From Centroscyllium fabricii (lineage: Eukaryota): DNA of 64,000 nt. The stretch is from NCBI GenBank assembly GCA_051313645.2, contig JBNRSN020000011.1:126480001-126544000 (forward strand), written 5' to 3'. Of the stretch, positions 23,065 through 37,264 are shown piece by piece (position 1 is the first letter of the stretch; each line of letters starts with the position of its first letter). The notes below the pieces were generated by a model. That model was given only the letters and a program-made list of their open reading frames with translations, did not search any database and was not told the origin of the DNA. Made by a program: the position numbers and the translations under genes.

Positions 23065-23845
23065 TGAGAAAGTTCCCAATGGTGGGTGAAACTAGAACTA
23101 GGGGGCATAATCTTAAAATAAGGGGCTGCCCTTTCAAAACTGAGATGAGAAGAAACTTCTTCACTCAGAGGGTGGTAGGTCTCTGGAATTTGCTGCCCCA
23201 GAGAGTTGTGGAAGCTACAACATTAAATAAATTTAAAACCGCGATAGACAGTTTCCTAGCAGTAAAGGGAATTAGGGGTTACGGGGAGCGGGCAGGGAAG
23301 TGGACATGAGTCTAGGTTCGGATCGGCCATGGTCCTGTGGGTGGCGGAGCGGGCCCAGGGGCCGTGTGGCCTGGTCGAGCTCCTATTTCTTGTGTTCTAA
23401 TTCTATGTTAGATGTCAGGAGATGGTTCTTTTCAGAGGGAGTAGTGGAGACCTTGGGAACAGGCTGCCAGCTAGGGCAGTGCATACTGATTCGCTCGAGT
23501 CCTTCGAGAGTAAATTGGGCCTGTTCCTGGCTGGGGTGGAGATCACCTCTTACAGAAGGTAGATTCTGCAGGAGATTCAGGGCCAGAGTGATCTCCTAGA
23601 CGAGTTTCGATCGTCTAGATGGGTCGGAGAGGAATTTCCCAGATTTTTTCTCCCAAATTGGCCACTGGGTTTCTGTCTGGTTTTTCGCCTCTCCCGGGAG
23701 ATCACATGGGTTTGGGTGGGATGGAGAGTGAAAGTAGATTTGAGGTTAGGATCAGATCAGCCATGATCTTATTGAATGGTGGAGCAGGCTTGTGGTTGCC
23801 GATTGGCCGACTCCTACTCCTATTTCTTATGTTCGTATGTTGTTA
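23065..23845 (+). mobile_element. Composite CR1-derived element with stacked 3' ends
   Basis: CR1 ORF2 end (TRGHNLKIRG...FFTQRVV), a tail, a second decayed ORF2 end and a further tail; shorter versions at 40590 and 57505. Confidence 0.75.
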
Positions 23846-24045
23846 AATGATGTCGAAGGGAAGGATTCAGATTCCAGGGACATTGAGACCAGTTCTGGGG
23901 CAGGAGTGAGTGGGGACTATATCCTTGTCGGAAGGTTAACTGGAGCTGTGGGGAAGGTTTCCAACTAATGTGGAAGGGGCAAGGCTGAAACAAAAAAGTA
24001 AAGTCGGTAGCTTAGAAGGGAAAGTAAGCTTTAGTTCTACATATA

Positions 24046-24506
24046 CAGGTTGGGCACCAGTAATCCGGCACCCGATAATTCGGCACCTTCAGTGGTCTGG
24101 CGCGTATCCCGCTGGCCGGCCCACGTGATCCCAGGGATGCTCGCGAACCGCCAGCACCCCGCGATGCGTGGGCCACTTCCCGGCAGCACCCCGCGATGCG
24201 CGGGCCTCTTCCCGCCAGCACTCCGTGATGCGCGGGCCTCTCCCCGGCAGCACCCCGCGATGAGCACCGGAGAGTCCCAGGACCGCGAATCCCATTTCCT
24301 CACCATTTGCACTGTTCTACGCATGCGCAGCGGTTATCGTGATTGCTCTATGCGCGCGCAGCGGCCATTTTGACTGATCTGCGCATGCGCTGCGGCCATT
24401 TTGACTGGTCTGTGCATGCGCTCCCCGAACCGTCAGTGGTTTGGCATTTTCAGTAGTCCGGCACGGGCCTGGTCCCGAGGGTGCCGGATTAACGGTGCTC
24501 AACCTG
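24046..24506 (-). mobile_element. Tigger/pogo-like TIR element, copy 4
   Basis: TA|CAGGTTGGGCACC...GGTGCTCAACCTG|TA; its own ~31-bp CAGCACCCCGCGATGCG repeat x4; GCGCATGCGC and GCCATTTT units. Confidence 0.9.
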
Positions 24507-24529
24507 TAATACCAAGGTAGCAAGGTTGA

Positions 24530-26885
24530 AGAAGATTAAACATGAAGGTAAAAAAAGAAATCAGGGTGTCAAAAGGCAAAAATTGTAAAAACCGAAGGAA
24601 TCTAAACTCAGATATATATTAGCACACAGAATATAAGAGAGAAAATTGGGGAACTAGAGTTATTGATTAAAATAGAAAACCTGGATAATGTAGGAATACT
24701 AAGACATGGCAGCAGCTGGGTCAGGATTAGGAATGAGAAAATCTGGATATATCACTTTTGGGAGGATAGGGAAAGAAGGAAGGGGAGGAAATAAAGATGA
24801 TACTGTAGATAAAAGAAATGCAGTAGATTTGATTGATGTGGATTTTCAAAAAAACATTTGATATACCACATAGGAGACTTACAGCAAAGATAATTGCACA
24901 TGGAATTACGGGGAATATCGCCAAATAGATAGACAGATGGCGGGAGGATAGGGAGCAAAAAGGGTGAAAGAAAGTTTCTCAGACTGGAAGGATGTGAGAA
25001 GTGGTGTTCCACAATCCATGTTGGGGCCACTCTCGCTTCTTGTATTCATAAATGATCTGGAATTAAGGGAATAATATCCACATTTTGCTGATGACACTAA
25101 ATTGGGAGTATGACAAATTGTAATAGATTGCAAAAAGAAGTTTCAGGAGGACATGGGAAGGGTAATTGGATGGACAGATGTGTGTCAAATCCAGTTATAT
25201 GCAGAACAAATTAAGAAATACATTTGGAAGTAAGAATTGGAAAAAGAAATGGTAATATTTTAAATGGAGCCGAGGGAACGTGGTGTGCAAATACACAGAT
25301 CGTTAAAGGAGGCTACAAAAGTAGATAAGGCCATAAAAAAGGCAAACAAAACCCTCGACATTGAGATGATTTTGGACTTGTACAAGACTGGGCTGATGAT
25401 GAAATATTGATTGCAGTTTTGGACAATCCATTATACCTAAATTTCAAGCAAACCCGTGGGAGTTTTTTTTATCAATAATTGTGCCAAATTTTCATTTGGC
25501 CTCAGATTATTAGCGTAAAAATGTTTCATTGGTGTCTATTGTGAACCTTTATATAAGATGAAGACAGCTGGAAACTTTCACATTTTCTGCGATCTATAAA
25601 CTTCTAGACAGAAAGTTTTGATCAGTGTAGATGAAAGCATAAAATTACAAAGAGATATTGATAGATTAAGTGAATGGATACATAACATAAGAACATAAGA
25701 AATAAGTGCAGGGGTGTAGGCCATTCGGCCTCTCGAGCCTGCTCCGCCATTCAATAAGATCATGGCTGATCTTCTACCTCATCTCCACTTTCCTGCACTA
25801 TCCCCATATCCCTTGATTCCCTTAATATCCAAAAATCTATCGATCTCTGTCTTGAATATACTCAGTGGACTGAGCCTCCACAGCCCTCTGGGGTAGAGAA
25901 TTCCAAAGATTCACCACCCTCTGAGTGAAGACATTTCTCCTCATCTCAGTCCTAAATGGCCGACCCCTTGTTCTGAGACTGTGACCCCTGGTTCTAGACT
26001 CTCCAGCCAGGGGGAACATCCTCCCAGCATCTACCCTATCAAGCCCTGTAAGAATTTTATATGTTTCAATGAGATCACCTCTCATTCTTCTAAACTCTAG
26101 AGAATCTAGAGATCTTTAGGGTAAAACAGTGGCAAATAGATTTCAGTGTAGGCAAATGTGAGGTCATGCACTTTGGACCTAAAAAGGATAGAACAGGGTA
26201 TTTTCTAAATGATGAAAAGCTAAAAACAGTGGAGGTCCGAAGAGACTTGGGGGGTCCAAGTACATAGATCATTAAAATGTCATGAACAGGTACAGAAAAC
26301 AATCAAAAAGGCTAATGGAATGCTGGCCTTTATATCTAAAGGACTAGAATACAAGGGGGTAGAAGTAATGCTGCAGATATACAAAACCCTGGTTAGACCG
26401 CACCTGGAGTACTGTGAGCAGTTCTGGGCACCACACCTTAGGAAGGATATATTGGCCTTGGAGGGAGTGCAGTGTAGGTTTACCAGAATGATACCCGGAC
26501 TCCAAGGGTTAAGTTACGAGGAGAGATTACACAAACTTGGGTTGTATTTTCTGGAATTTAGAAGGTTAAGGGGTGATTTGATCAAAGTTTTCAAGATATT
26601 AAGGGAACAGATCGGGTAGATTGAGAGAAACTATTTCTGCTGGTTGGGTCTCTAGGACTAGGAGGCATAGTGTAATAATTAGAGCCAGACCTTTCAGGAG
26701 TGAAATTAGGAAACACTTCTACACACTTCTGCAAATGGCAATTGATGCTAGACCAGTTGTTAATTTTAAATCTGAGATTGATAGATTTTTGTTAACCAAA
26801 GGTATTAAGGGATATGGAATTAGGTCGCAGATCAAGCATGATCTCAGTGAATGGCTAAATGGCCGACTCCTGTTCCTATGTTCCC
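24530..26885. mobile_element. Cluster of CR1 fragments: + strand pieces interrupted by a minus-strand CR1 3' end (~25683-26100)
   Basis: ORFs 25837-26085 (-) and 26320-26619 (+, YKTLVRPHLEYC) are CR1 RT C-termini. Confidence 0.85.
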
Positions 26886-28304
26886 AAGATAAATGATATC
26901 TAACACTTGTTATTTGCCTAATTAAAAATTGATCAGTGGCTAACTGAATGGATTTATCAGCTTTTAAAAACTGATTGATAAAATTCAGTTTTAGGCGGTC
27001 CTAATATTTACTATGCTCAGACACAAATTGTCATTGCAATCTCCGTATAATGAGTTTATCACATTTTGTCTGCTGTTATAATGCATCAGCTCTGAGCATT
27101 CCAACACCTTGTTGCGTATACACAGTCATTAACCATATCACTTTAGATTAGTGTAAATCAGAGCAAAAATGCATTTTTATCTGCTTTAGTTGTTTGGTTT
27201 ATGAGAGACTTGTACTTTTCATTTCATCTTATTATGTTCTTTCATTCTAAAGTGTTTTTTAAGACAAGTCCTTTATTAGCATTAAAGCCCTATTTCACAT
27301 CCCTTTTAAATTGTCACAGTGGTTGAGATGACTACCATGAGCTTTTGTACTAATGATCTGGCTGGTCAGATTTATAGGATTCCATTTTTAAATTGGCACT
27401 AACCAGTTTTGGTTGATCTGTTTTTGGCTTTATTGGGGTAAACACTAAAAATAATTAAATCTAGCCACTGTAGCCTATTCGACGTAAGTGTAAAATGGAT
27501 TTCCAGCATTTTATACACTTGCTGGCGCTTTATATTAAACGCATTTCATCATGGTACAAAAAAATAAGATTGCTTTACTGACAGTTTAGAACTGTATCAT
27601 GTGTCCACCAATTAGGCACTAGTACACGAATGAAGTATCAGCTTCAGTCGTACTACATTTGCAGTAGTGAGAATATACTGAAACAAATATTTTTTGTCCA
27701 GTAGGCAATGTGAATTGTAGTTACAAAGAGTGTGTACAGGGGGAATATGCATTGAAAATAACACTCTAAAAATGAAACGTTATTGCAGTCAGTAAAAGTA
27801 CATACAGATTAGTAATAACAATTCTAGGCCACATCTCATAAAATATACAAACCATGCAGCTTTGCCTGTCTTAACTTTAATAGCATCTCTGAGAAACGTT
27901 GTACTTAAAGGGGAAGAAAATAATATTTGTTCAAAACACTCCCCCCCCCCCCCCCCCCCCCCCCCAACAAACTCTGCATTAAATTAGTAATGTGTCTTGG
28001 TTTTTTTTATGGTAATTTTTTATCCTCAACAGAGACCTGCTTTGATAGTGATTCTTATCTCCAGGCAAATCCAATGATGCCACTGGCTGGGAGGAAGGCG
28101 ATGCATTCTGGAGTAATTCCACTGATAGCAATGGGGAGAGCAACTTAGGCTGTGACTTTGGACTGGCGTGGAAACCAATCAGAATCCACTTGATCCTAGG
28201 ATAACTTGCTGCATGAAAAGGAGTTGCTAGGAAGAGACCAGGCTCTTGCACCCACAGGGGATTAGAAAAATCAGAAGTTCAGTCACCTTGAATTGCTGAG
28301 GTGA

Positions 28305-30340
28305 ACATAGGAACAGGAGAAGGCCATTTAGCCCCTTGAGCCTGTTCTGCCGTTCAGTGCGATCATGGCTGATTTGCGACCTAACTCTATATGCCCGTCT
28401 TTGGTCTATATCCCTTAATACCTTTGGTTAACAGAAATCTATCAATTTCAGATTTAAAATTAACAATTGATCTAGCATCAATTGCCTTTTGTGGGAGAGA
28501 GTTCCAAACTTCTACCATCCTTTTTGTGTAGAAGTGTTTTCTAATTTCATTCCTGAAAGAACTGGCTCTAACTTTTAAACTATGCTCCCTAGTCCTAGAG
28601 ACTCAACCAGCAGAAATAGTTTCTCACTATCTATCCTATATGTTCCCATAATATCTTGAAAACATCGATCAAATCACCCTTTAACTTTCTAAATTCAAGT
28701 GAATACAACCCTAATTTGGCTGTAAAGCGCTTTAGGACATCCGGTGGTCATGAAAGGTGCTATATAAATGCACATCTTTCTTTAATTTGTATAATCTCTC
28801 CTCGTAATTTAACCCTTGGAGTCCAGATGTCATTCTGGTAAACCTACGCTGCACTCCCTCCAAGGCCAATATATCCTTCCTAAGGTGTGATTCCCAGAAT
28901 TGCTCACATTACTCCAGGGGAGGTCTAACCAGGGTTTTCTATAGCTGCAGCATTACTTCTACCCCTTGTATTCTAGTCCTCTCAATATAAAGGGCAGCAT
29001 TCCATTAGCCTTTTTGATTAATTTTCTGCACCTGTTCATGACATTTTAATGATCTATGTACCTGGAGGCCCAAGTCTCTTCGGACCTCCATTTTTTTTTA
29101 GCTTTTCAAACCCTGGGATGGAAACCATCTGGTCCTAGGGATTTGTCACTCTTTAGTGCCATTATTTTCTTCATTACTGTTATTTTACTTACATTAATTT
29201 TATTGAGTCCCTGTCCCTGATTCAATATTAATTTCCTTGGGATTTCTGGCATGCTATCTTCTTCCTCTACTGTAAATACTGATGCAAAGTAATTATTCAA
29301 TATCTGTCATTTCCTTATTATCACTGACTATCACCCAACAGCTGGTACCATATTCTATTCTTAGGTACAAAGTGGATGACCTCACATTTGCCTACATTGA
29401 AATCCATTTGCCACAGTTTTGCCCATTCATTTAATTTATGAATATCCCTTTGTAATTTCATCTACACTGCCTACAATGCCACCTATATTTGCATTATCGG
29501 CAAATTTGGATATATGACTTTCTATGCCATCATCTAAGTCGTTAATAAATACTGTGAATAATTGAGGCCCCAACACAGATCCCTGCAGGACACCACTAGT
29601 CACATCCTGCCAATTCGAGTGCCTGCCCATTATCCCGACTGCCTGTCTCCTGCTGCTCAGCCAATTTCCTAACCAGGTCAATAATTTGCCCTCAGTTTCA
29701 TGGGCTTCAACCTTAGTTAACAGTCTCTGATGTGGGACTTTATCAAATGCCTTCTGGAAGTCCATATAAATAACATCCATAGACATTCCCCTGTCCACTA
29801 CTTTAGTCTCCTCCTCAAAAAAATTCACACCGATTTGTCAGGCATGACCTTCCTTTCACAAATCCCTGCTGAGTCTCTCTGATCAGCTGAAAAGTTTCAG
29901 GGTGTTCAGTCACCCTCCTTAATTATAGACTCTAGTAATTTTCCGACAACAGATGTTAAGCTAACTGGTCTAATTCCCTGGTTTCCCTCTCGCCATTCTT
30001 AAATAGCAGAGTGACATGTGCAATTTTCCAATCTAAAGCAATGGTTCCTGAATCAAGAGAATGTTGGACTATTATAGTTGGGGCATCTGCAATGTTCACA
30101 GCCTAATTCCTTTAAAACTCTGGGATGGAAACCATCTGGTCCTGGGGATTTGTCACCTTTTAGTGCCTTTATTTTCTTCATTATTATTTTACTTACATTA
30201 ATTTTATTGAGTCCCTGATTCAATATTAGTTTCCTTGGGATTTCCAGCATGCTGTCTTCATCCTCTACTGTAAATACTGACGCAAATTAATTATTCAATA
30301 TCTCTTGTCATTTCCTTATTATCACTGACTATCACCTAGC
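28305..30340 (-). mobile_element. CR1 LINE, ~2-kb decayed 3' portion with internal duplication and a small SINE/L2 tail insert (28719-28782)
   Basis: ORF 29436-29828 DVIYMDFQKAFDKV...GVLQGSVLGP...FADN; 29107-29337 repeats 30115-30338. Confidence 0.88.
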
Positions 30341-30740
30341 AGAAAAGTATTACAAAAGCCTTGGTTTTAGCTGAGGGAATGGAATTTGGTACAGAATGAC
30401 GTCAAGGAGAAACTATTTTTAATGGCGTAGGAAGAGATATGGAAATATAAAAGTTAAAGTACCTGCCTTAGAAAATAGAATTTCATAGGCCATTTTTATA
30501 AATTTCTAATAATTGTAGAGTTGCAGAAATGTTTGAAATCATAGCACTTTTCACTATTCTGGGAATAAATATATAAAAACATTAAAACTATGTGTAAAAG
30601 TTCTGCTGTGACTTTTGAAGAGTTAAATGGGCAATAATAATAATGACCTTTTCCAAATTAATACTTGAAGGAAGGAGTAATGATATTTGTACTAGCTGAC
30701 CTTTTCTAGTATTTAATTCTGACTATTTCTTCTTTTTCAG

Positions 30741-30812
30741 GGTGCCAAAAAGCTCTGTCCACAGTGCAACACCATCACGTCCCCTGGCGATCTCAGACGT
30801 GTGTATTTGTGA
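30741..30812 (+). CDS. RNF220: RNF220 last coding exon
   Basis: TTCTTCTTTTTCAG acceptor, then GAKKLCPQCNTITSPGDLRRVYL*, in phase 0 with exon 13984-14058. Confidence 0.95.
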   Translation, partial: GAKKLCPQCNTITSPGDLRRVYL

Positions 30813-33800
30813 AGAGGTGGGACGTGGAAAGAAACGGCCACAGATATCATGAGGCCTAGTTAGTCACGATGCCTCACAACAGGAAGAGGACCATGAACAA
30901 TTGTGGGGTGGCACCCAAAAAAAAAGTGTACAAATGTTCCATTTTTGTTTTTCTCTTAAGTGTGTGGAAGGAGAGAAGCAGCCCATCCAGGAGGAGAACT
31001 TGAGAATGCTGTTCGTTGTATTAAAAAAAAAGGAACCCCCTATCCCCATCCGAGTTTTATCAGATGATTGATGCCCAGAACATACACACACAAACTCCTC
31101 CATAAACCTGTTGACTGGAGCTACGTTTACTAGAAGACATTCTAGGCTGTGCATTGTGAATGGACCTGTACTGTGTTCTATTGTGGTGTTATAGTGACAA
31201 AAAAAACAAAAGATGAAGCACATGTAATATAAATTATGTATGTTTACACCATTGATTGTGTATAAATGGAATAGACTTATGAACAGTGCATACTAATAAG
31301 TCCTTAATCGTTGGGAGAAAAACAAGAGAAGTGAGATGCATTAAAACCTACAGTATTTTTTACCCAGGCTGCCTAAGATTAAAAGTCTTGAGCTGTTGGT
31401 TAAAAAATAATCTGGTTTAATGAATAATTTGTGGTGTATATTTCTCATTCAGATTAAAGGAACGGCTTCAGTATAGGCTGTAATAATACCCATAACTTAA
31501 ATACTAAAGGATGTAGACAAGTTGGCTTGTCTTAGTTGTAACAAATGGGCTACTTGTACTAGAAGCCTGACCCATTTAAAATATCAGGCAGCCGCAGCAG
31601 CAGTCCACTGAGGGAGAACCAGGCTGAACCCTATGTAGAGGCTACGGCCTACTCCCTAAGGTGGAGACTGTGTTAGTTCTTGTGGATCAGCGTTGCGCTG
31701 TGTCTCAGTTGTACCAGAATATGTAACCAGTTATAATGTTTGTTATTCATGTGAAAAGTCCTGGAATATACTGAAGAATTTGACGGTAGATATTGAAAGG
31801 GATGCAGAGATTCTGTAATTAACAGTTGCCTGTAGCAGTTGGCAACCCTGCCCTCTCCCAAAAAAATGGTAACTGAATTGGCTTCATCCACTGTTCCTGA
31901 AAATCTTTCCAATGTTACCAATTGTTAAAGTTTGTATAGCGCATCATTATAAGTCTCCCAGTTTTAGTGTTGTGTCTTGTTAATAAGGTGGTTGAACCTT
32001 GGTTCCTGATTCTCTTTCGTGTTACATTTATGCTACATTCTGGGACAGTCATTAAAGCGTGCAGCTCGCTCTAGCATGTAAAATGCTTGGCTCCCAAGGA
32101 ACGGATTATAAAGGGAGTGGAGCAAGTAAATTTCCACTCAGTTCTTCACAAAAACACTTGTGGGCTGTGACCCGCACACAGGTCTAAAAAGAAGCAAAAA
32201 TTATATGAATTTATTGTAGTAATTGACCAAAAGAATCTCCTGGCCAAAGCAGGCTATATGGTGACCTTTAAACATAACAACCCTTTTGATGTTGGTTGGA
32301 CATAGTTGCAATTCCTTACAACTTTATTTCCTTTTTTTTCCACTTTAATGGCCAGTTGCTGTTTTGATGTTTCCGATCATTCCTTGAGCACTGGATTTTT
32401 AAAAACAAATGTTGCCACAGTTCATGTAATATGGCTTCAATGGTCAAAGCTTGAAATAGCCACTGGTAGATGCTAATAAAAAAGTTCCAAGTCCTTGCAG
32501 AATAAACTGGTTGCCTGTGCTAGTATAGAACCTAATGATTTAATTGTAAGGCATCTCTCAATTTGCTCTCTGTATGTTGCTTATTCTAGGGTATTGCTTT
32601 TAAAAATAGGTTCATGTGGCTTGTTCTCTTGCACAATTACAGCAGCGTAACTGGGTTCTGGGCTATTACTCGGCTAGAAGTACTAACAGTAGTGTCAGCC
32701 CACTTGGAAACTGAAGTAGGCCAAAAAGAAAAGGCAAAAAAATTGAAGATATTTCCTCCTTGTTGATTGGGACATTCCATGGCATAGATTCGCAACAGTG
32801 TCCTTTTAACTTTGGGTGATGGTTTGGATCAACCAAAATGAGATGCCATTCTCCTCTGTTGATTGTTGAGGTTCTAGACTCCAATGAATACAGTAGTCTC
32901 AAGCCAGTACCTCCATGCAAACCTGCCCTTAAAACTGGTACTAATTTACAACCTTCCAGACAACCCACCTAACCATCATTGACCAAATACCTGTATCAAG
33001 ATCTCAAATTCTGGAAGAAGGTAAAAAATACAATCTTCGCAGCAGGCCTGTGATGTCATTTGTGCTGTGAAACATATAGATCATGTACTGAGTTATCATC
33101 GCATCTCCTGATATTGAGCCAAAACAGTGACATTTGGGGTAAAATTTTAATAATTGGGTTGTTCATGCTGTGTAAAAGTGTACTGCTGGGACACTACTCC
33201 ATGGATGGCAGGGATTTGCTCAGTTGAACAGTTCTTAATTTCCTATGAATGAGTTGAACCCTCTAATGGCAATATTAACTGGGCAGTACCATGAGATATT
33301 AAATAGTATGCTGCTTTCAGTTAGGTTCCTGGCATATGTTTTGGCCCTTTATCTTCATACCTTTCATTCTCTTTCATGAGGTACTACGAATGAGGGCATT
33401 TCTTGAGGCCAAACACATCACAATAGCAAATGCTGCTGTTCACAACCTCCATTGAGTTTCTTTTGTGGAAAGTCTGGTGTTTGGTTTTATTGCTTTCATG
33501 GCCTGTAATGCGCAGATGTATGATGTACTGACCAAAATCGTGGCTGGGAGCTTGAATATTTCTTATCCAATGAGATTTGGAAGTCGGATGTCTGGCCACC
33601 TGTTTTTTTTTTCACCTTTCTGCCCTGTGTGATTTCTTTGTAACTGTTTGTGAGGAGATCTGTGAAAGTAACGAGTGCAACTCATCCTACAATTTCTCCT
33701 CCAGCCCTGCAATGAGGAAACTCTTCCATTCTTTTCAGTGCCTACTCCTGCCAACCCAGTTGAGATCAAGAACTTGCCATATAAGGAAATTCAAACTGCT

Positions 33801-36800
33801 CAAGTCCAGTTGTTTTATTCCCCCCCTTCAAAGAAAAGATCTAAAGTAGTTGTCATGTAATTGTATCGAAATTTATCTTGTTTTGGCATTTTTCAATTTC
33901 CTGAGCGCAGATTACAGTTGACACCTGATTGGCTTTAAATTTTTGTGCTGTTCTAGTCCCAGAATGTGCATTGTGAGCATTCTTGAGGTAATTTGATCAT
34001 CTAGTGTTCAGTGCATGCACAATGTTTCTTGTATTCAATCCTCAGAAGCTATTCTGACTTTATTTACTACCCTGGTTGAACTTTTTTTAATGTAGGCAAG
34101 GGGTAAAAGTTGGATAATAGTATCTGTGTGAGAGGAATGCACTCAAAGTTACATAATTTAGTTTTTCCTTTATGTTCCATCCATATTTTTATTTATTACA
34201 ATTTTATTTTTGACTTAGCAAGTGTTTCTGTCCATCTTTTATAAATATGCATCTGTTTTACGTTATGTAGGGTGCCACTGCTAACAAACTCCCACGGAAT
34301 CCTGTGCTATTTAAGTAGAGGTTTTGAAATTTCTCAAGACATTTATGTAAAACATCCACTTCAAACCCCAGACGTAAACACGCAGCTGGAGGCTACTGTG
34401 TACCAAGCATCTTTTTTAGCCAGACGGGATGTGATGGTGCTGTTTTTAGCAACCCTCTCAATGCTTTGCACTGGTGGTCTGCAATCAGCATGCAGGAGAC
34501 TTGATACAAATGAGCAAAGAAGAGGGATTTGACTATATTAGTTCCTCATTAGCACCATATTTCTGAAGAACTGCTTAACTTCTCAATAATGCTCTATTCA
34601 GTGCCAGACTTGTAATCAACCAACTGAAGCAAGTGATTTTAAGAGGCAGGCACCCCTTGGAGTTAAACTGATAAACCTGGTTTGGAGTTAAGTGCTCACT
34701 TGCTCAGGCTATTGACCTACCTTGATCTGCACTCACAGCTGTTTCTTCCCTTCTCTCTACCCACCCCAAAAAAAATCATCCTCATTCAGATAGCAATGTA
34801 GTTGCGGGTTGTTTACAACTCTTGGATAAAGTGAAATAAGCTCACTCCTTATATCCTTGACTTTTGTGCCAGTTGCACAATAGCAGGTCTTTGAATCAGA
34901 ATCCCGGCTTTACAGATGCAGAATAAAAACAAATTCACACCACCACCCAGGCATTCCCTGTTGCCTGGATGCACATGATGTTTATCAAAGGCAGATTAAT
35001 GTGGGGCTGTGTTTCGTACTGCCCATCCTTTGCAGTTCCTCTAACAATGAAACCGAAACTTGCGACATTGGTGTGTGAACACAGAACATTTTACTCCAAT
35101 GTTGACTTATATTAAAAATCAAATTCAAATTTATTTGTTACATGTACTAGAATACAACGAGCAATCTAGACAGTAAAATGCTTGTTTTACGAGCCGAACG
35201 CACCGCGCAACAAAGAACAGTAAGCTGCCCGGCACGACCGGAGCCCGTAAGACGGCAGCCAGCGCCATCATCATAGGTCCTGTTCCTGCACCGCTCCGGC
35301 CTCTCCTGCTCTCAAAGTTCAATGTTCTTATTTTAAATCAAGCGAGCTGCTGCTTCCTGTTCCACAGTCCCCCGGATTCTCCTGGGCTCCGGGAACCGCG
35401 TCCGAAGTCCCGGGGCCTACCTCTCGCCCCGCCGGATCCCCTGAATCCACCGAGCTCCGAAATCCAGGAGCTGTGTCCGAAGGCCTGGGGCCTACCTCTC
35501 GGCCTGCCATGCCGGCACCCCCAAACTCCCCGCTCACTCCCGACGGCCAGCGACCGACTTCCCGCATCCTGCCGTCCACGCCATCTGACCGGGCTACCTC
35601 CTGGCGTTCTTCATGGGCGGATGGCGGCCGATTTGGGGATTTAAACTTCCCCTCGATGTTCGCTCGCCTCCATGGTGGCCGGAACCGGAATTTATTATGA
35701 ATTCTGTGTTCAGAATAAAAGTTGATGCACAATGAAAAGAAACTGGAGTTTATTACAAAGGAATTTTAATCAGAATCTAGTATGCCATTCTCGGTTTGCA
35801 TTGACTATTTTACTAGACCTATAGGTTGGAGAGTATTCTCCCATTTGCCCTTTCAAATCTTTAACATATATATAAATGTTCCCATTATGGCTGCTTCCTT
35901 TCTTGCAGCATCCTCGGCTTTGATGACAGTTGACCTGTAGTTTGGTTTACAGAAAGCCCACTTACTACAGGGAAAAATGGACAGTGTTCTAATCTTTTCC
36001 TTACCCCACCTAAATTAACATACTGCCCAAGGTGAACCAGAGGAGAATTATGAAAAGTAAATGAGTAGAGTCTCAAAGTTGGGAACTTTCTGCCACAAAA
36101 GTTAAATGCTGCACTATGCCTAGATTGGGTCTCTGCTCCGCCCTCCCATATTTTCTTCTTTTTCTTTGGATCCTCCACACATCATTCCATGACTGAAGGG
36201 CAAGCCAAATATCATTTAAGCCATAATTTGGCTTGTTATCCCAATTTTCCCTCTAGCTGGAGAAGGTGCTCTTCTGTGTGTCATATTTTCCCCCACCCCT
36301 CCCTGAAAGGCGGGGCATGGGGGCGGGGAACTAGATATAATAAGGGCCTGATATTTGGAGTTGTCCACCTTCATTCTATGATGCTTCAGTGTGTTATATT
36401 ACTGGCTTGCCTCAACAATGATTTTGGTTTGATTCACATTTAATATTGGCACTTTGCTTAATTGAGAGAAGTTCCTAGTTAAACCCTGGAATGTTGGACA
36501 GCGGTGACTTCATACAGCTCACGATATAGCAGCCTATAAAGTATGAGGGTTCTGAAGACCTAACAATAAAAGTAAACCGTGGAATGAACAAAATAAGGCC
36601 AAAGATGTAACAAGTTAAAACTGCATTTTTATGAGTGTGCTTCCTCCCTGCCCCCGCCCACCCCTGAACATTTAAACAGCAGGACTGCATTGTGGGTAAG
36701 ATGAGGATACTGTAAGGTTGAGTGATTTAACCACCTTCTGTCTGGTTTGCAATGTAAAGTTGATGCATTCTGTGCTTGACGTTGGCATAGACCGAAAGCC

Positions 36801-36910
36801 TTTTATTGTAGAATTTGCGCTTTGTGTCTCCGTGTGAAGCCTGTACCTTAAAGTATTGGATTTCTGAGTCTTGCTGTTGAAATACTTGTAAAGAAAATAA
36901 TAAATTTTTT
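30813..36910 (+). other. RNF220: Putative long RNF220 3' UTR (end uncertain)
   Basis: Repeat-poor AT-rich stretch after the stop; AATAAA candidates near 32501, 34922 and 36899. Confidence 0.4.
35115..35692 (-). mobile_element. GC-rich non-autonomous retroelement with AATAAA-TTTGAA tail
   Basis: Minus strand starts TTCCGGTTCCGGCCACCATGG, has an internal duplication and ends ACATGTAACAAATAAATTTGAATTTGA; abrupt GC island in AT-rich DNA. Confidence 0.65.
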
Positions 36911-37264
36911 GTAACTCACCATATATAAAAGAGTAATGAGATATTCTTGACTGGTGTTTTTGCTAATCAGCAGAATGAAGTGAATATTTTAGTCTATTTG
37001 TCATTAATAGGTAGTGTAAAATGGGAGACTGAGTACTGTAGTGCATATACATATTGCCCTTTCTGATATCTGGGTTGAAATTTACACCAGAATGCAAGGA
37101 TAAAGGTCTTAAGTATTTGGGCTCTTCGCATTCAGTTGTTAGACATTCACAGTGTAAACTATCCCTATATAGGCAATTTAACTTCTTCAAAAGGGTGTAT
37201 CCTGCAGTCAGGTATGAGAATTTTAGATAATTGCCAGCTGAGTCAAGTCTTGCAGTTTTACACA

